DNA of 64,000 nucleotides from an uncultured delta proteobacterium (GTDB lineage: Bacteria > Desulfobacterota > Desulfuromonadia > Geobacterales > Pseudopelobacteraceae): contig CAVYYZ010000008.1 in NCBI GenBank assembly GCA_963772835.1, positions 160,001 through 224,000 on the forward strand, given 5' to 3'. The notes under the pieces are model-generated. The model did no database searches. It saw only the letters and a program-made list of their open reading frames with translations, and had not been told where the DNA came from. A program made the position numbers and the translations under genes. Below are positions 36,543 to 47,509 of the stretch, in pieces (the first letter of the stretch is position 1; the number at the start of each line of letters is the position of its first letter).

Positions 36543-36566
36543 GTCTCTACCTCATTAAAAATTCTG

Positions 36567-39500
36567 CTACTGTTTATTCAGCCAGCCGGCCGCATCTTTA
36601 ACCGAATTCTGGTCGAACTTTATCCTGAAACGTATGTACGGCCCCTGGATGGTGTAATCGGCCGATGAGAAATCCTTGTCGGTGAAGCCCACGATGTTAT
36701 AGCCGACACTGATCCAGGCATTTTCCGCAATATTGTAGCCGGTTGATGGACCGCCGCTGTAGGAAAACTGGCCGCTATGCCAGGTGTGCATGACGCTGCC
36801 CCGCACACCGAGGTCCCACTTTTTGGTTATGTCGTAGCGAGCTTCGACTCCCGTATGGTCGGTGAAGCCGCTGTAGCTGCTGCCGTTAATTGTGTCTCTG
36901 ACGTACTTTGCGCCGTACTGCAGAGAAATCTGCAGTTTTTTCTGCGGCCGGTAGTTGGCATTCAGATTGTTGACCAGACGCCATGTGGTGCCGTTGGAGC
37001 TGCTGCCGCCTCTCTGGTCGTCGAGATAATAATCAAGGCGATTCAGTAAAATCCATTTGGTTTCCGGGGGTCGGAACACAAGTCCGTAGCGCAGGTTTGA
37101 CTGTGTCGTGTCTATGCCGGTCGAAGCAAAGGTCTGATATATCTGGGCACGTCCGGACCAGGCCCAGCTGCCATTGACCTCGTTGACGATCCCGCTCAAC
37201 AGCCCCCATTTGTCCTGACTTTCAGCGACACGTACCTCAGCCCGGTTGTCCCAGGTCAGATGTTTGACCTGATAGGTGGCGCCGGTTGATACGGCGGTGA
37301 AATTTTCGGTGCCGCCCGATGCAGGGGGTACATTGGTGTTGAACTGGTAGTTGGAGTTTTTGGCAAGAGTCTGGCTGCGGTCCAGTCCGGCATCCACCTT
37401 CCAGGCTTCATTGATCTGCCAGACCTGCTTCATCCCGACATTGGCAAATACGCGTTCGGAATTCTCGTTCAACTGCCGTTCAACAGTGCTGGTAATGGTT
37501 GCACCTTTCCACGGGGTCGAGCGTATGCCGACACGCGTAGTCTGTGTTGTGGCTGTTTTACCCCAGGTGAACTCCTGTGCGCCGAGCAGCGTCAGGTTGC
37601 GGAGCACCTTCAGCTCGGCACCCAAAGTCGTACGGGTCGGGAAGTCTTTGTTGTTGCCATCCCATATTGACTGGGCATGGTCAACCGTCAGGGTCAGGCG
37701 GTCATTCAGTGTCAGGATCTTTCCCCCTGCGGTCAACTGGTTTGATTGCCGGTTACTGGTATCGCCAAGCTTGTCATTTGCATGCAGTACTCCGAAAGAA
37801 AATCCCGAATGGGGATCAGTGTAGCTGACCTTCCCTTCGGCAACATCGCGTACCGCCCCGTCAAGCAGGTTGTACTGGCGGTAGGCGCTGGCGCTGGTGC
37901 TGAAACGGTCGTTGAGGCGATACGTTCCGTCAGCACCGAATTTCCGGGTGCCTGACTCGGTCCCCGATTGCTGCCCGAGACCGAAGCCGGCTTCCTGTTC
38001 GCGATAATATGCTTTGACATCAAACTTCTTTGAATTGTGTGTGACTTCGGTCAGGTACGAATTGCCGCGATGGCTTGCGGTACCGGCGCTGACGTCACTG
38101 GTGGCAAATTCGGCGCGCAATCTGGTGCCGTCGCCAAGCTTAAGCGACGTATCAAGGCCGTACAGGTTTCCGATCCGGACACCCTGATCTTCGTGAATAT
38201 AACTTCCACCCACTTTCAACCGTTGGTCAAGCAGTTTGAGACCGGCGCGGCCGCCGTAGCTGTAGTTGACTCCGCCAGTGGAGATGGTTTCGTACTCGGC
38301 GACAATCGTGATCGGATTGAAATTCTCGTCGCGGCTGAAAACCGGTTCCTTGAAGAAGATGCTGCCGGCATCATAATCAATGGAATACTCGGTGAAGCGT
38401 CCGAGCGTGCGGGTGGACAGTACGACTTCGCTCCGGAAACGGTCGCGGACCTCGATGGTGATTTTTTCGGAATTCGAGACAATCTTCTTGTTTGATAAAC
38501 GATAGATCCCCGATGTCCCGTCTCCCGGAATTTCATCACGCACATAGGATTGTTCGGTTTCGCTGGCAAAGACATTCAATTCATAATTTTGGGCCTGCAG
38601 TTCGCTTTTGATGCCGGTCATACGGCGGCTGTAGCGGGACAGCTCGGTCACGGTCAGGCCGGTGTCATAGTCACCGAACATGGCATAGAATTGCTCCCGC
38701 TCGATCTTGACGTACAGCTTTTTTGCGCTGGCGGCATCGTACTGCTGCTGGGTCGCATCGCCATAGAGGGTATAATACGTCTCGGGGTTGATCGTCTGGA
38801 ACAGACCATTGCCGCCGGTCTCTTTTGTCTTGGCACTGTCATAGGCGGTGGTCAGCAGCCACTTGCCCTGGATCTGTCCCTTGGCATACAGGGCGACACG
38901 GTTGTTCTGATAAAGGTCTTCTGCCGCACCGGTACTGCTCAGGCTCTCCATGTTGCCCGAAGCGGTGTTGTAGCCAACGGTCCCTTCGGCCAGACCGACC
39001 AGGATCCAGTCCCGCAATTTCGGCTGCACATAGGTTTCGGCTTCGACAGTGGCGGTGTTATACCCGATTACGACCCGGTACGGGCCGCTGACGGTGACCG
39101 GTTGAAAGGAGACCCATCCGTCCCGGTCCATCACGAGCCGGCGGGTGGTCGTCTTTCTCTTCAAGAGGCAGGCTGTCCTGCACGAGCGGTTTGAGGTTCC
39201 CGTCACGCAGTTCCAGTTCGGCCGCAGCCGGATCCGGTTTCCGGCATTGTCAAGCAGTTCAAGCCGCATCCGGACGGGGGTCGTGCCGTCGGCCACGTTC
39301 CCCTCTGACGAGAGTACGCGAATGGCGGCGATGTCGCCGGTGCGGATCACCGTTATGCTCCTGTCGAAACGGGCGTTGCCAAATGGATCGAGCCCCTGCA
39401 GGGTCAGGGTGTGCTCACCGGCGGGCCCGAAATCGACACCGATAAAGCTGTAGGTGGTTGTGCCGGTCGCGGGATCGGCTGATTTATAACCGATCCGTTC

Positions 39501-42500
39501 CCTGAGGACTTCCTTGCCGTCAATCGCCAGTTTCGGCTGCAGGGATGAAGGCAGGCGCAACTGGACGGTGTTGGTTTGGTGTACCAGCAGCTCTCCCTCC
39601 TGTCTGCCGATGAAACCGGCCGGTTCATCGGCCTGTGCCGGTGCGGCTGCCTCGACCGGTGCTGCTTTGCCGGTAATGACTGCAGGTGATACGGTCGGTG
39701 CCGGAAGCGACTGGTTGAAAGCTGTTGCGGCAGCCCCGGTGATGTCTGCCGTTCCGGTTGATCCGGCGGGGGGAGGCGCTGCTGCGGCAACGGTGCGTTC
39801 CGAAACAGTGCCGACGTGGGGGGGCGCGCCCCCCGGCAACCACCACCGGAACCACGGTCTCGACTTCTGTCACCTGTTCGCCGCTGAACGCTTTAAGGAC
39901 CCGCAGACGGGAGGTGCTCACTATGCTGCGGCTGGAGGAGGTCTGGACCTCCACGCGCCTGTTGAGTGATCTTCCCTCCTCAGTGCTGTTGCCGGCGATC
40001 GGTGCTGTGGCTCCTTTTCCGTCAAACGTCAGCTTTTCGGGCGGCAGGTGCAGCTTTTCCATCAGATAGCGTCCGACACTTTTGGCACGGGCCATTGAAA
40101 GGGCAGAATTGTCTTTGTAGATGCTGCGGCTTCTGGGTGCGATGCGCACAGAGTCGGTATGACCGGTGACGTGGATCTTGTCGACACGCAGTGAGATCAA
40201 CAGACGGGCCAGTTCATCGATACGTTCACGGTCATCATCGTTCAGTTCAGCGCCGAACGTCGGAAAGTACGGACGCAGGACCATAGTCGGCATGGGATGA
40301 TCTGTATACTTTTTGTCCTGCTCGACGGTGGTTTCGGCTGGCGGTGTCAGCACGGAAGCACCGTTTGACCGATCCGCCGTCAGATACGCCTGCGTTGTCA
40401 GGACAAGTGCAGTAGCTGCTGCCGTCGGTTGTCCGGTAAAGGTCACCTCGTGCTTCCAGCTGCCGGGCAGTTCGCCCAGTTGATACACCAGAATGGCTTT
40501 GTCATACTGGACAGGATCAGCCATCACTTTGCCGTTCATCCGGCTGCTGTCGGTTGATACTTCACCCCTTCCGGGAGAATAATGTTCAGCCTGGTGTCCT
40601 GAACCGGCAGAGATGAGGCCTGCATGGAAACCGTGTAGGCGATGCTTTTCGCCGTCCACTTCGTTCGAGAGTTCCAGTGTCACTTTCCCTTTAGCGGGGA
40701 ACGGGAACAGGTGCGACCGCTGGAACTACGGAGACCGCAGGAGGAGGCGCTATCAGTTCCGGCTTCACCGGCTGCGGAGTGGCCGTGTTTCTCAGATGGA
40801 AGTCGGTTCGCCGTAGCAGGTCTCTTCGCGTTTTGACAAACTGGAGAAGGCCCGTCCGGCAAACCGGCTGTTCTCGGTGCAGGGGAACGCCTCATAGCCG
40901 TCAGGGAGCGAATCAGATCGATCTGAACCACATGCAGGCCGGGACGAACTCCTTCAAAATGGAACAGACCCCGTTTATCACTGACCACAAACGTTCCGTC
41001 CTCCATATAGACTCTGATGCCGGCAACGCCATCCGGCCCATCGCCTGTTTCTTCGCTGCAGGCACCGGTGGAGATACGCCCCATCAGAGTGGAACGGGTA
41101 CGCAGAAAATCATCACGAACAGTGACAGTGGCACGGCCCGTATTCGAACTCACACCAGCCGAACTCGCAACAGCAGTATTGGTTGCCGTTCCTATCCGTA
41201 GGTCCGACAGTGCTTCGTCTACATAATCGACCGTCGCAACGCCTCCTTTTGCGATAATTCCAATACTGAATGTCAGGGTACGGCCATCGGTGGAGATCGT
41301 TGGATCAGCCGCAGCCAGATTGTTAAGCAGAACCGATCCTTTGCGCAGCCTGAAACCGATCGGCAGGGTGTCAGATAGCTGGACGCCGCCTGCTGCTGCG
41401 GTTGAGCTCATATTGGTGACACTCAGTTTGTACGGCACAAAATCTCCGTGACCGGCGGACTCCTTGCCGGCACTCTTCTGCACCCAGAGTCCGGCCGGTG
41501 CCGGGTCAAGCGGCACGTCAATACGCAGGGCCGGACCGGGATTGATGACGAACACTTCGCTTCGCGAGCCGTTTACGATAGTGAAAGGCCCGCCGGGGAG
41601 TGCCTGGATGACTGTCGTAGCGACCGTGCTGGGGAACTGTAACCCGGAGGAGGAGTGACGTCGAAACGATATGAACCGGGAAGTACAGAACGGGAAGCGG
41701 AAACCGCCAGGCGAAAAAGTATAGAGTTTCCCGCTGCTGTCGCTGGTACTGCCGCCGGATGTAAGTGTTGCCGGATAGCTGCTGACCCCGTCATCTCCCA
41801 ATATAGTGGCCGGCAGACCGGTCGCGGTGTTGATCATGGTAATCGTTGCGCCGTTGAGAGGCAGACCTGTCGCGGAATCGAAGATTATTCCGTACGGGTC
41901 GACCATGATGGTCGTCGCCGAGGTGTCGCTGCCGTCAACACTATCGACATAGCGGGTCGTGAGTGTATCCGCCCGCTTTGACAGTTATGCTGCCCGTTGT
42001 AGCTGGCGGCGGCGGAGTCGGTCGTGGGAAAGGACCCAACGAAGATGCCGGTATCCGGTCACTCCGGTCAGTTTCAGCACTTCAACATCACCATTGGCCG
42101 GATCGGTAACCGTTACTAAAACTGTTTCCACCAGGGTCCGGTCCAGATTCTGGTCCTTGTCGGTCACACGAATGAAAAGCGGGTCACCCTGATGAATCTG
42201 GGTAGCCGGTGCCAGCGGAATCGGGCTGCTCAGATCAACCGGCGTGGATGAACCTGTCATGGTCGGCGCTGGAAGCGGCAGGAAGGGTGAAACCGGGCTT
42301 GCGCCGCTGCGATACGTACCGGATACCACTTGAATAGCCGGTGTTCCGGAAAGGGTTGGTGCGTACTGAAGGTATTCGATAGTTGAGGGCGTTCGGATCA
42401 CGGCCGTAACCGTTGCCGATGCTGCTACAAGCGGAGTGGTTGCAGAGGTTACAATGACGGGTGTCTATGACCTTGTCGCCCTGAACCGGTGAGGCGGCAT

Positions 42501-42636
42501 GAATATCCGTCTCTGCGGCCGCGAGGAAAAACGACAGAAGAATAGCGACAGAGGCGCAGCGCAGTGCAGAACGGGCGAAGGCCCCCCAACCCGGGGAGCG
42601 CTCCTTTCCGTTTATGCCGGTCCGAACGGTTGTCAC
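36567..42636 (-). CDS. large outer-membrane protein (DUF11 + SdrD-B-like + OmpA_C + C-terminal beta-barrel), broken by several frameshifts
   Basis: Consecutive ORF pieces 42235-42636 (signal peptide), 41985-42401, 40680-41906 (DPYGIIFDS, DUF11, GIRVYMEDG), 39625-40683 (GHTD...NRRVE OmpA_C) and 36567-39839 (amphipathic strands, GPYIRFRIKFDQ) read as one ~2000-aa protein. Confidence 0.8.
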
Positions 42637-42703
42637 GCCGCTTGTACCCTCTGTATGCTCTTTACTGAATCAGTCATGTATGTATAGTTTCGGTTCCTTC
42701 ATG

Positions 42704-42744
42704 TTTTTTGAGGCGGCGGGGGAGAGAAACCTCCCCCGCCTGCT
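42704..42744 (-). terminator. stem-loop between the putative major subunit and the outer-membrane gene
   Basis: GGCGGGGGAG-loop-CTCCCCCGCC directly after the TAG at 42748. Confidence 0.7.
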
Positions 42745-42747
42745 TTA

Positions 42748-43919
42748 CTATTTGACTGTTGCCTTGAATAACAGCACTACATCGGCTCCAGCTGCGATCG
42801 CAGCAGGTAGTGTGTAGGTAATCGTGCCGGGCGTGGTCCCAAAATTTCGAAACCATCAACATCTCCAGCGTCAAAATCGGGTAGAGCGGCCTGGCGCACC
42901 TGCTAGTTGCCCCTGACGATTGCCAGTTTGGCACTGCCGGCCGTATAGGACGTATAACTTGTCATCGGATCAGTGATGACCACCGCGGTGGCATTGCCGG
43001 TGCCGCCGTTATGCACGGTGATACGATAGAAAAGCGGGGTTGTCGGTGCAGCGCTTGCTGTGGCTGCCCAACTGGCTGCCAAGTCCCGTCAGGGAAACAT
43101 CTTTGGTCACCGTCAGATTGGCGGCCGGTACCGTGGTGGTGGTGGAGTCCGTCGCTGCTGCGCCGGCTGCTGATTTGGCACTGACAACGGTCGTGATTGT
43201 TTCATTGGTCGTCGTGGCGTTCATGGTCAGAGGTGTCACCGCCAGAGAGAAGGTTTTCTGCTCGCCGATCAGAGTGCCGTAAGTGAGCGCAGCGGAGGCA
43301 GTGCCGTTGCCATTGACGGTGATGGTCGATGTGCCGGCGGCATTGTCGACAATCGAAGCAACGGTATATACCTGGGTGTTGATGACAACCGTGGCGCCGG
43401 CAATGATGCCGTTGACACTGGCGTTAGACACGCCGTCACTCGGTACCACTATGGCTGTTGTTCCTGCCGCAGTGATGGTCACCGGTGTGATGATTGTAGT
43501 GGCGCCCAGAGCTATCGGCGTGGGTGATGGCACTGCGCTGGAGGTGAGGATATGGGCCGTATTGGTAACGCTTCCGCCATTCAGAGAAGTCGATATGGCG
43601 TAGGATTCCGGGCCGTTGGAGTTGGCGGTGATGGTGTAGTTGTAGGTCGCCGCTGTGGCCAGTGTGGTGTTCTGGTCGCCCGGAGTGCTCAGGGAGGGGG
43701 CAACCGCCACCAGGGTGACGGTCACGATTGCTGATGCAGTGACCGCAGTCTGGGCGGTTCCACCGGCGTCCTTGAAGTTGACTGTTACGGTGTTGATGAT
43801 GGCGGTGTTGGCCGCCGTGTTGGCGTGCTCCATCTGCGGGATGGCAGCCAGTGTCAGAAACATCAGCAGAACACCGATGCCGACACAGCTGACTGTGGTT
43901 AAACTACTGAAATATTCAT
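42748..43919 (-). CDS. secreted DUF11/isopeptide-domain fimbrial-like protein (putative major subunit), frameshifted
   Basis: AAAGGAG RBS then ATG 43919; one-base shift joins it to ORF 43009-43863; other frames continue as LFYRITVHNGGTGNATAVVITDPMTSYTSY...VVLLFKATVK* (TAG 42748-42750). Confidence 0.75.
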
Positions 43920-44082
43920 TTTGCTCTCCTTTCTTCGGTTGTAATCACGTAATGTGATCGGTTAGTCTTATCTGTGAATAACTAGGCCAGCCAGTGTTTT
44001 GTTGCGAGTTTCGATTGATTTCATCATCCTCCTTTCTTTTCAAAATAAGATTGCGTGCAGTTTTGTTGATGCGGGTTGTCGT

Positions 44083-44589
44083 TTATTTGACTCTGGCACT
44101 GAAGCCGAGTGTACCTCCTGTGCCTGCCGGAACCTGCTTGATGGTCCAGCGGATATGAGTATATTCCTCCGGACGGGCGGTGTACTTCTGCACAGAGCCG
44201 TTGGATTGTTTGATCTCGTACGTGAGCAGAGACGGTTTCTTATACGTCTTGCCGTTGTCGATGGAAAAGGTGATGTCGGCACCGGCACCTTTGGCGCTGT
44301 TGTCAACATAGCTCATTCCTGCGGATACCGGATTGTCCACAACGGCATCGGTGGCGGTTTCATTCCCCTTGTTGCTGTAGGCAAGGGTGTAGGTTATGAC
44401 ATCCCCGGAATTTGCCGTTGTTGCCGGGACCCGTTTTGCGGTTCTGGCGCCGTTGACGGTTTCGAAGACCTCCTTACTGGCCGACAGGTTGATTTCCATC
44501 TGTGGTTTTGCCCAGACAGGCAGACAGGTAAGTGCCAGAAGTGCCAGAGTGAACAGGGATACCGTAAAACGTTGAAATGATTTTTCCAT
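44083..44589 (-). CDS. small secreted DUF11-domain protein
   Basis: GAGGAGG RBS, signal peptide (VWA/K), GDVITYTLAYSNKG...HIRWTIKQVPAGTGGTLGFSARVK. Confidence 0.85.
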   Translation of the reverse strand: MEKSFQRFTVSLFTLALLALTCLPVWAKPQMEINLSASKEVFETVNGARTAKRVPATTANSGDVITYTLAYSNKGNETATDAVVDNPVSAGMSYVDNSAKGAGADITFSIDNGKTYKKPSLLTYEIKQSNGSVQKYTARPEEYTHIRWTIKQVPAGTGGTLGFSARVK

Positions 44590-44849
44590 AAGTGAACCTC
44601 CTCTGATTCGGTGTAATTTCTTTTCTGCCTTTTATCGCGTGAAATGGCATAACGACTGACAATAAACGTCAGCCACATTGACATCAGTAATTAACGCACT
44701 CATATGAAGTCAATTTATAAAACGTTGTTTTCCAATGCGTTGCAATACAAATACGATCAAATCAATCCTTTATTTAATTAAAGGAATTGGATATCATGCA
44801 ATTTTCATTCCTTCGCAAAACAGCCGCCGGAGCGGATGCAAACACCACT

Positions 44850-45458
44850 TTACGTCTGATTTTGCAGGTCATGTACGGAATCCGGCAGACTGTTTTTTCC
44901 AAGGCAAAAACAGTCTGTCAGATGGTCGTTGACCATGCCGGTCGCCTGCATAAAAGCGTAACAGATAGTTGTGCCGACAAAACGGAAGCCAATCCGTTTC
45001 AACTCTTTGCTCATGGCATCTGAAAGCGCTGTACTCGCAGGCACTTCGGTCATATTTTCCCATGCATTGCAGATCGGTACCCCGCCGACAAAATGCCAGA
45101 GATAACTGTCGAGACTTCCGTATCGGGCCTGCACTTCAAGCACTGCCCGGGCGTTGGAAATGGTGGAGGCAACTTTAAGGCGGTTGCGCACAATACCGGG
45201 GTCAGCCAGAAGCCTCTCGACATCGGCATCGGTATACGCCGCGACCTTTTCCGGGTCGAAGCCGTCAAAGGCCCTGCGGTACCCTTCCCTTTTCCGCAGA
45301 ATTGTAATCCAGGACAGGCCGGCCTGCGCCCCCTCCAGCGTAAGCATCTCAAACAGCCGTCGGTCGTCGTGCAGCGGAATTCCCCATTCATGATCGTGAT
45401 ACTCCCGGTACAACGGATCGGTTCCGCACCATGAACAGCGAAAAACAGTTTCTGTCAT
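44850..45458 (-). CDS. tag: DNA-3-methyladenine glycosylase I
   Basis: RCSW...YHDHEWG, LEGAQAGLSW, IVRNRLK, MQATGMVNDH. Confidence 0.95.
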   Translation of the reverse strand: MTETVFRCSWCGTDPLYREYHDHEWGIPLHDDRRLFEMLTLEGAQAGLSWITILRKREGYRRAFDGFDPEKVAAYTDADVERLLADPGIVRNRLKVASTISNARAVLEVQARYGSLDSYLWHFVGGVPICNAWENMTEVPASTALSDAMSKELKRIGFRFVGTTICYAFMQATGMVNDHLTDCFCLGKNSLPDSVHDLQNQT

Positions 45459-45711
45459 CAGCTTCTCCAGTTATCAAACAAAGGTTTAGTTTTCATAAAC
45501 TACTGATTTTTAAAGGCTGTTTATACCTACTCCACGTGTCGATAACAAGAACCAAATGCAGCCGCTACGGTATACATAATGTCACCTTATTTTTTGACTT
45601 ACCGCCGCCTCCCGTGCTATAAATACCCACTTTTTACCTGACAGCAGGCATCCAGATGATCAGCGTCGAGTCCGGGCAGCAAAAATACCACTCCACAAGG
45701 GGGAAAAGGAT

Positions 45712-46584
45712 ATGTTTAAAGGAAGTATTGTTGCTATTGTGACACCATTTTGCAACGGAGCGGTTGACGAGCAGAAACTGCGCGAACTGGTCGATTTCCA
45801 GATCGAGAACGGGACCGATGCCATCGTTGCCTGCGGCACCACCGGCGAGTCCTCCACCCTCGACAATGTAGAACATCTGGATGTCATCCGGATCGTGTTC
45901 GAACAGGCCAAAGGGCGCGTTCCGGTTATCGCCGGCACCGGCTCCAATTCCACCGCCGAAGCGATCCATCTGACCCGTGAGGCCAAAGAACTGGGCGTAG
46001 CCGGCGTGCTGCTGGTGACACCCTACTACAACAAGCCGACCCAGGAAGGGCTCTACCGTCATTACACCGCCATCGCCGATGCCGTTGACATCCCGCAGAT
46101 ACTGTACAACGTACCGGGACGCACCGGCGTCAACCTGCTCCCCGAAACCGTTGCGCGTCTCGCTCCGCACCGGAACATTGTCGCCATCAAGGAGGCCACC
46201 GGCTCTCTGCAGCAGGCCTCGGAGGTCATCGCTCTCTGCGGAGGCCAGATTGACGTCTTTTCCGGCGACGACTTCATCACCTTCCCGATGATGGCCTGCG
46301 GCGCAGTGGGAGTTATTTCCGTACTGGCCAACATCATGCCCAAAACAGTGGGCGACCTGACCGACGCCTTCTTTGCCGGCGATCTGGCCAAGGCCCGTCA
46401 GCTGCACCTGGATACTCTCAAGATAGGTAACGCCATGTTCATCGAGAGTAATCCGATCCCGGTAAAAACAGCTCTCGGATTGATGGGCAAATGCTCGGGC
46501 GAGGTCCGTCTGCCGCTCTGCGAAATGAGCGCGGCCAACAAGGCGAAGCTGGAAGCGATCATGAAGGAATATAAACTGATTTAA
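45712..46584 (+). CDS. dapA: 4-hydroxy-tetrahydrodipicolinate synthase
   Basis: GTTGES, PYYNKPTQEG, LYNVPGRTG, IKEATG, ESNPIPVK. Confidence 0.97.
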   Translation: MFKGSIVAIVTPFCNGAVDEQKLRELVDFQIENGTDAIVACGTTGESSTLDNVEHLDVIRIVFEQAKGRVPVIAGTGSNSTAEAIHLTREAKELGVAGVLLVTPYYNKPTQEGLYRHYTAIADAVDIPQILYNVPGRTGVNLLPETVARLAPHRNIVAIKEATGSLQQASEVIALCGGQIDVFSGDDFITFPMMACGAVGVISVLANIMPKTVGDLTDAFFAGDLAKARQLHLDTLKIGNAMFIESNPIPVKTALGLMGKCSGEVRLPLCEMSAANKAKLEAIMKEYKLI

Positions 46585-46593
46585 TGCACTTAG

Positions 46594-46675
46594 CACTAAG
46601 GCACTAAGTTCACTAAGAGAATCTGGAAAGGCGAGCCTTTTTGACAAAATCTTTGGTGAACTTAGTGCCTTAGTG
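46594..46675. repeat. inverted repeat built from CACTAAG heptamers (REP/MITE-like)
   Basis: CACTAAGGCACTAAGTTCAC (46594-46613) and its exact reverse complement GTGAACTTAGTGCCTTAGTG (46656-46675). Confidence 0.85.
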
Positions 46676-46694
46676 GTGAATAAGGGGTCACATA

Positions 46695-47498
46695 ATGATT
46701 AAAATTGCCGTTTGCGGCGCTGCCGGACGAATGGGGCAGCGCATCATCAATTCAATACTGGAGGCCGAGGGGGTAGAGCTCTCCGGCGCGCTGGAGCGAC
46801 CGGGTCATCCGCAGGCCGGACAGGATGTCGGGCTGGTTGCCGGCTGCGGTGCGTTGGGAGTGAACGTCTCCGATGACCTGAACGCCGTGATTGCCGGCTG
46901 TGACGTGCTGATCGACTTCACCTCCCCCAAAGTGTCGCTCAAAAACCTGGAAGTCTGCGCACTCAAGAAAAAATCCATCGTCATCGGTTCCACCGGTTTT
47001 ACACCGGAAGAGCGTGCCCTGGCGGTCGAACTGGCACGGGAAATTCCGGCTGTGCTTGCCCCCAACATGTCGGTCGGTGTCAATGTCTGTCTCAAGGTTT
47101 TGAAAGACGTGGCCAAAACACTGGGCGACGACTTCGATGTGGAGATCGTCGAACTGCATCACAACAAGAAAAAAGACTCACCGTCAGGAACTGCCGTGCG
47201 CATGGGCGAGGTCGTGGCTGAAGCGCTGGGACGGGACTACAACAAGGTTGCCAACTATCACCGCGAGGGGATCTGCGGCGAGCGAACGAAAGAAGAGATT
47301 GGCATGCAGACCGTCCGCGGCGGCGACATCATCGGCGAACACACGGTCTACTTCATCGGCCAGGGGGAGCGGATCGAGATCTCCCACCGCGCCATGACAC
47401 GAGACATGTTCTCGCGCGGATCGGTACGTGCCGCGAAATGGGTGGTCGGCAAGACACCGGGACTCTATGATATGCAGGATGTTCTCGGATTGCGGTAG
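46695..47498 (+). CDS. dapB: 4-hydroxy-tetrahydrodipicolinate reductase
   Basis: GAAGRMG, IDFT, ELHHNKKKDSPSGTA, RGGDIIGEH. Confidence 0.97.
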   Translation: MIKIAVCGAAGRMGQRIINSILEAEGVELSGALERPGHPQAGQDVGLVAGCGALGVNVSDDLNAVIAGCDVLIDFTSPKVSLKNLEVCALKKKSIVIGSTGFTPEERALAVELAREIPAVLAPNMSVGVNVCLKVLKDVAKTLGDDFDVEIVELHHNKKKDSPSGTAVRMGEVVAEALGRDYNKVANYHREGICGERTKEEIGMQTVRGGDIIGEHTVYFIGQGERIEISHRAMTRDMFSRGSVRAAKWVVGKTPGLYDMQDVLGLR

Positions 47499-47509
47499 GG
47501 GGTGGTGTT

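Noticed and set aside
26769..44589. Diversity-generating retroelement or shufflon acting on the adhesin
   Set aside because: No reverse transcriptase, no TR/VR pair with adenine-specific mismatches, and no invertase or inverted sites seen.
45634..46647. 337-aa ORF antisense to dapA
   Set aside because: Mirror-frame artefact of a conserved core gene.
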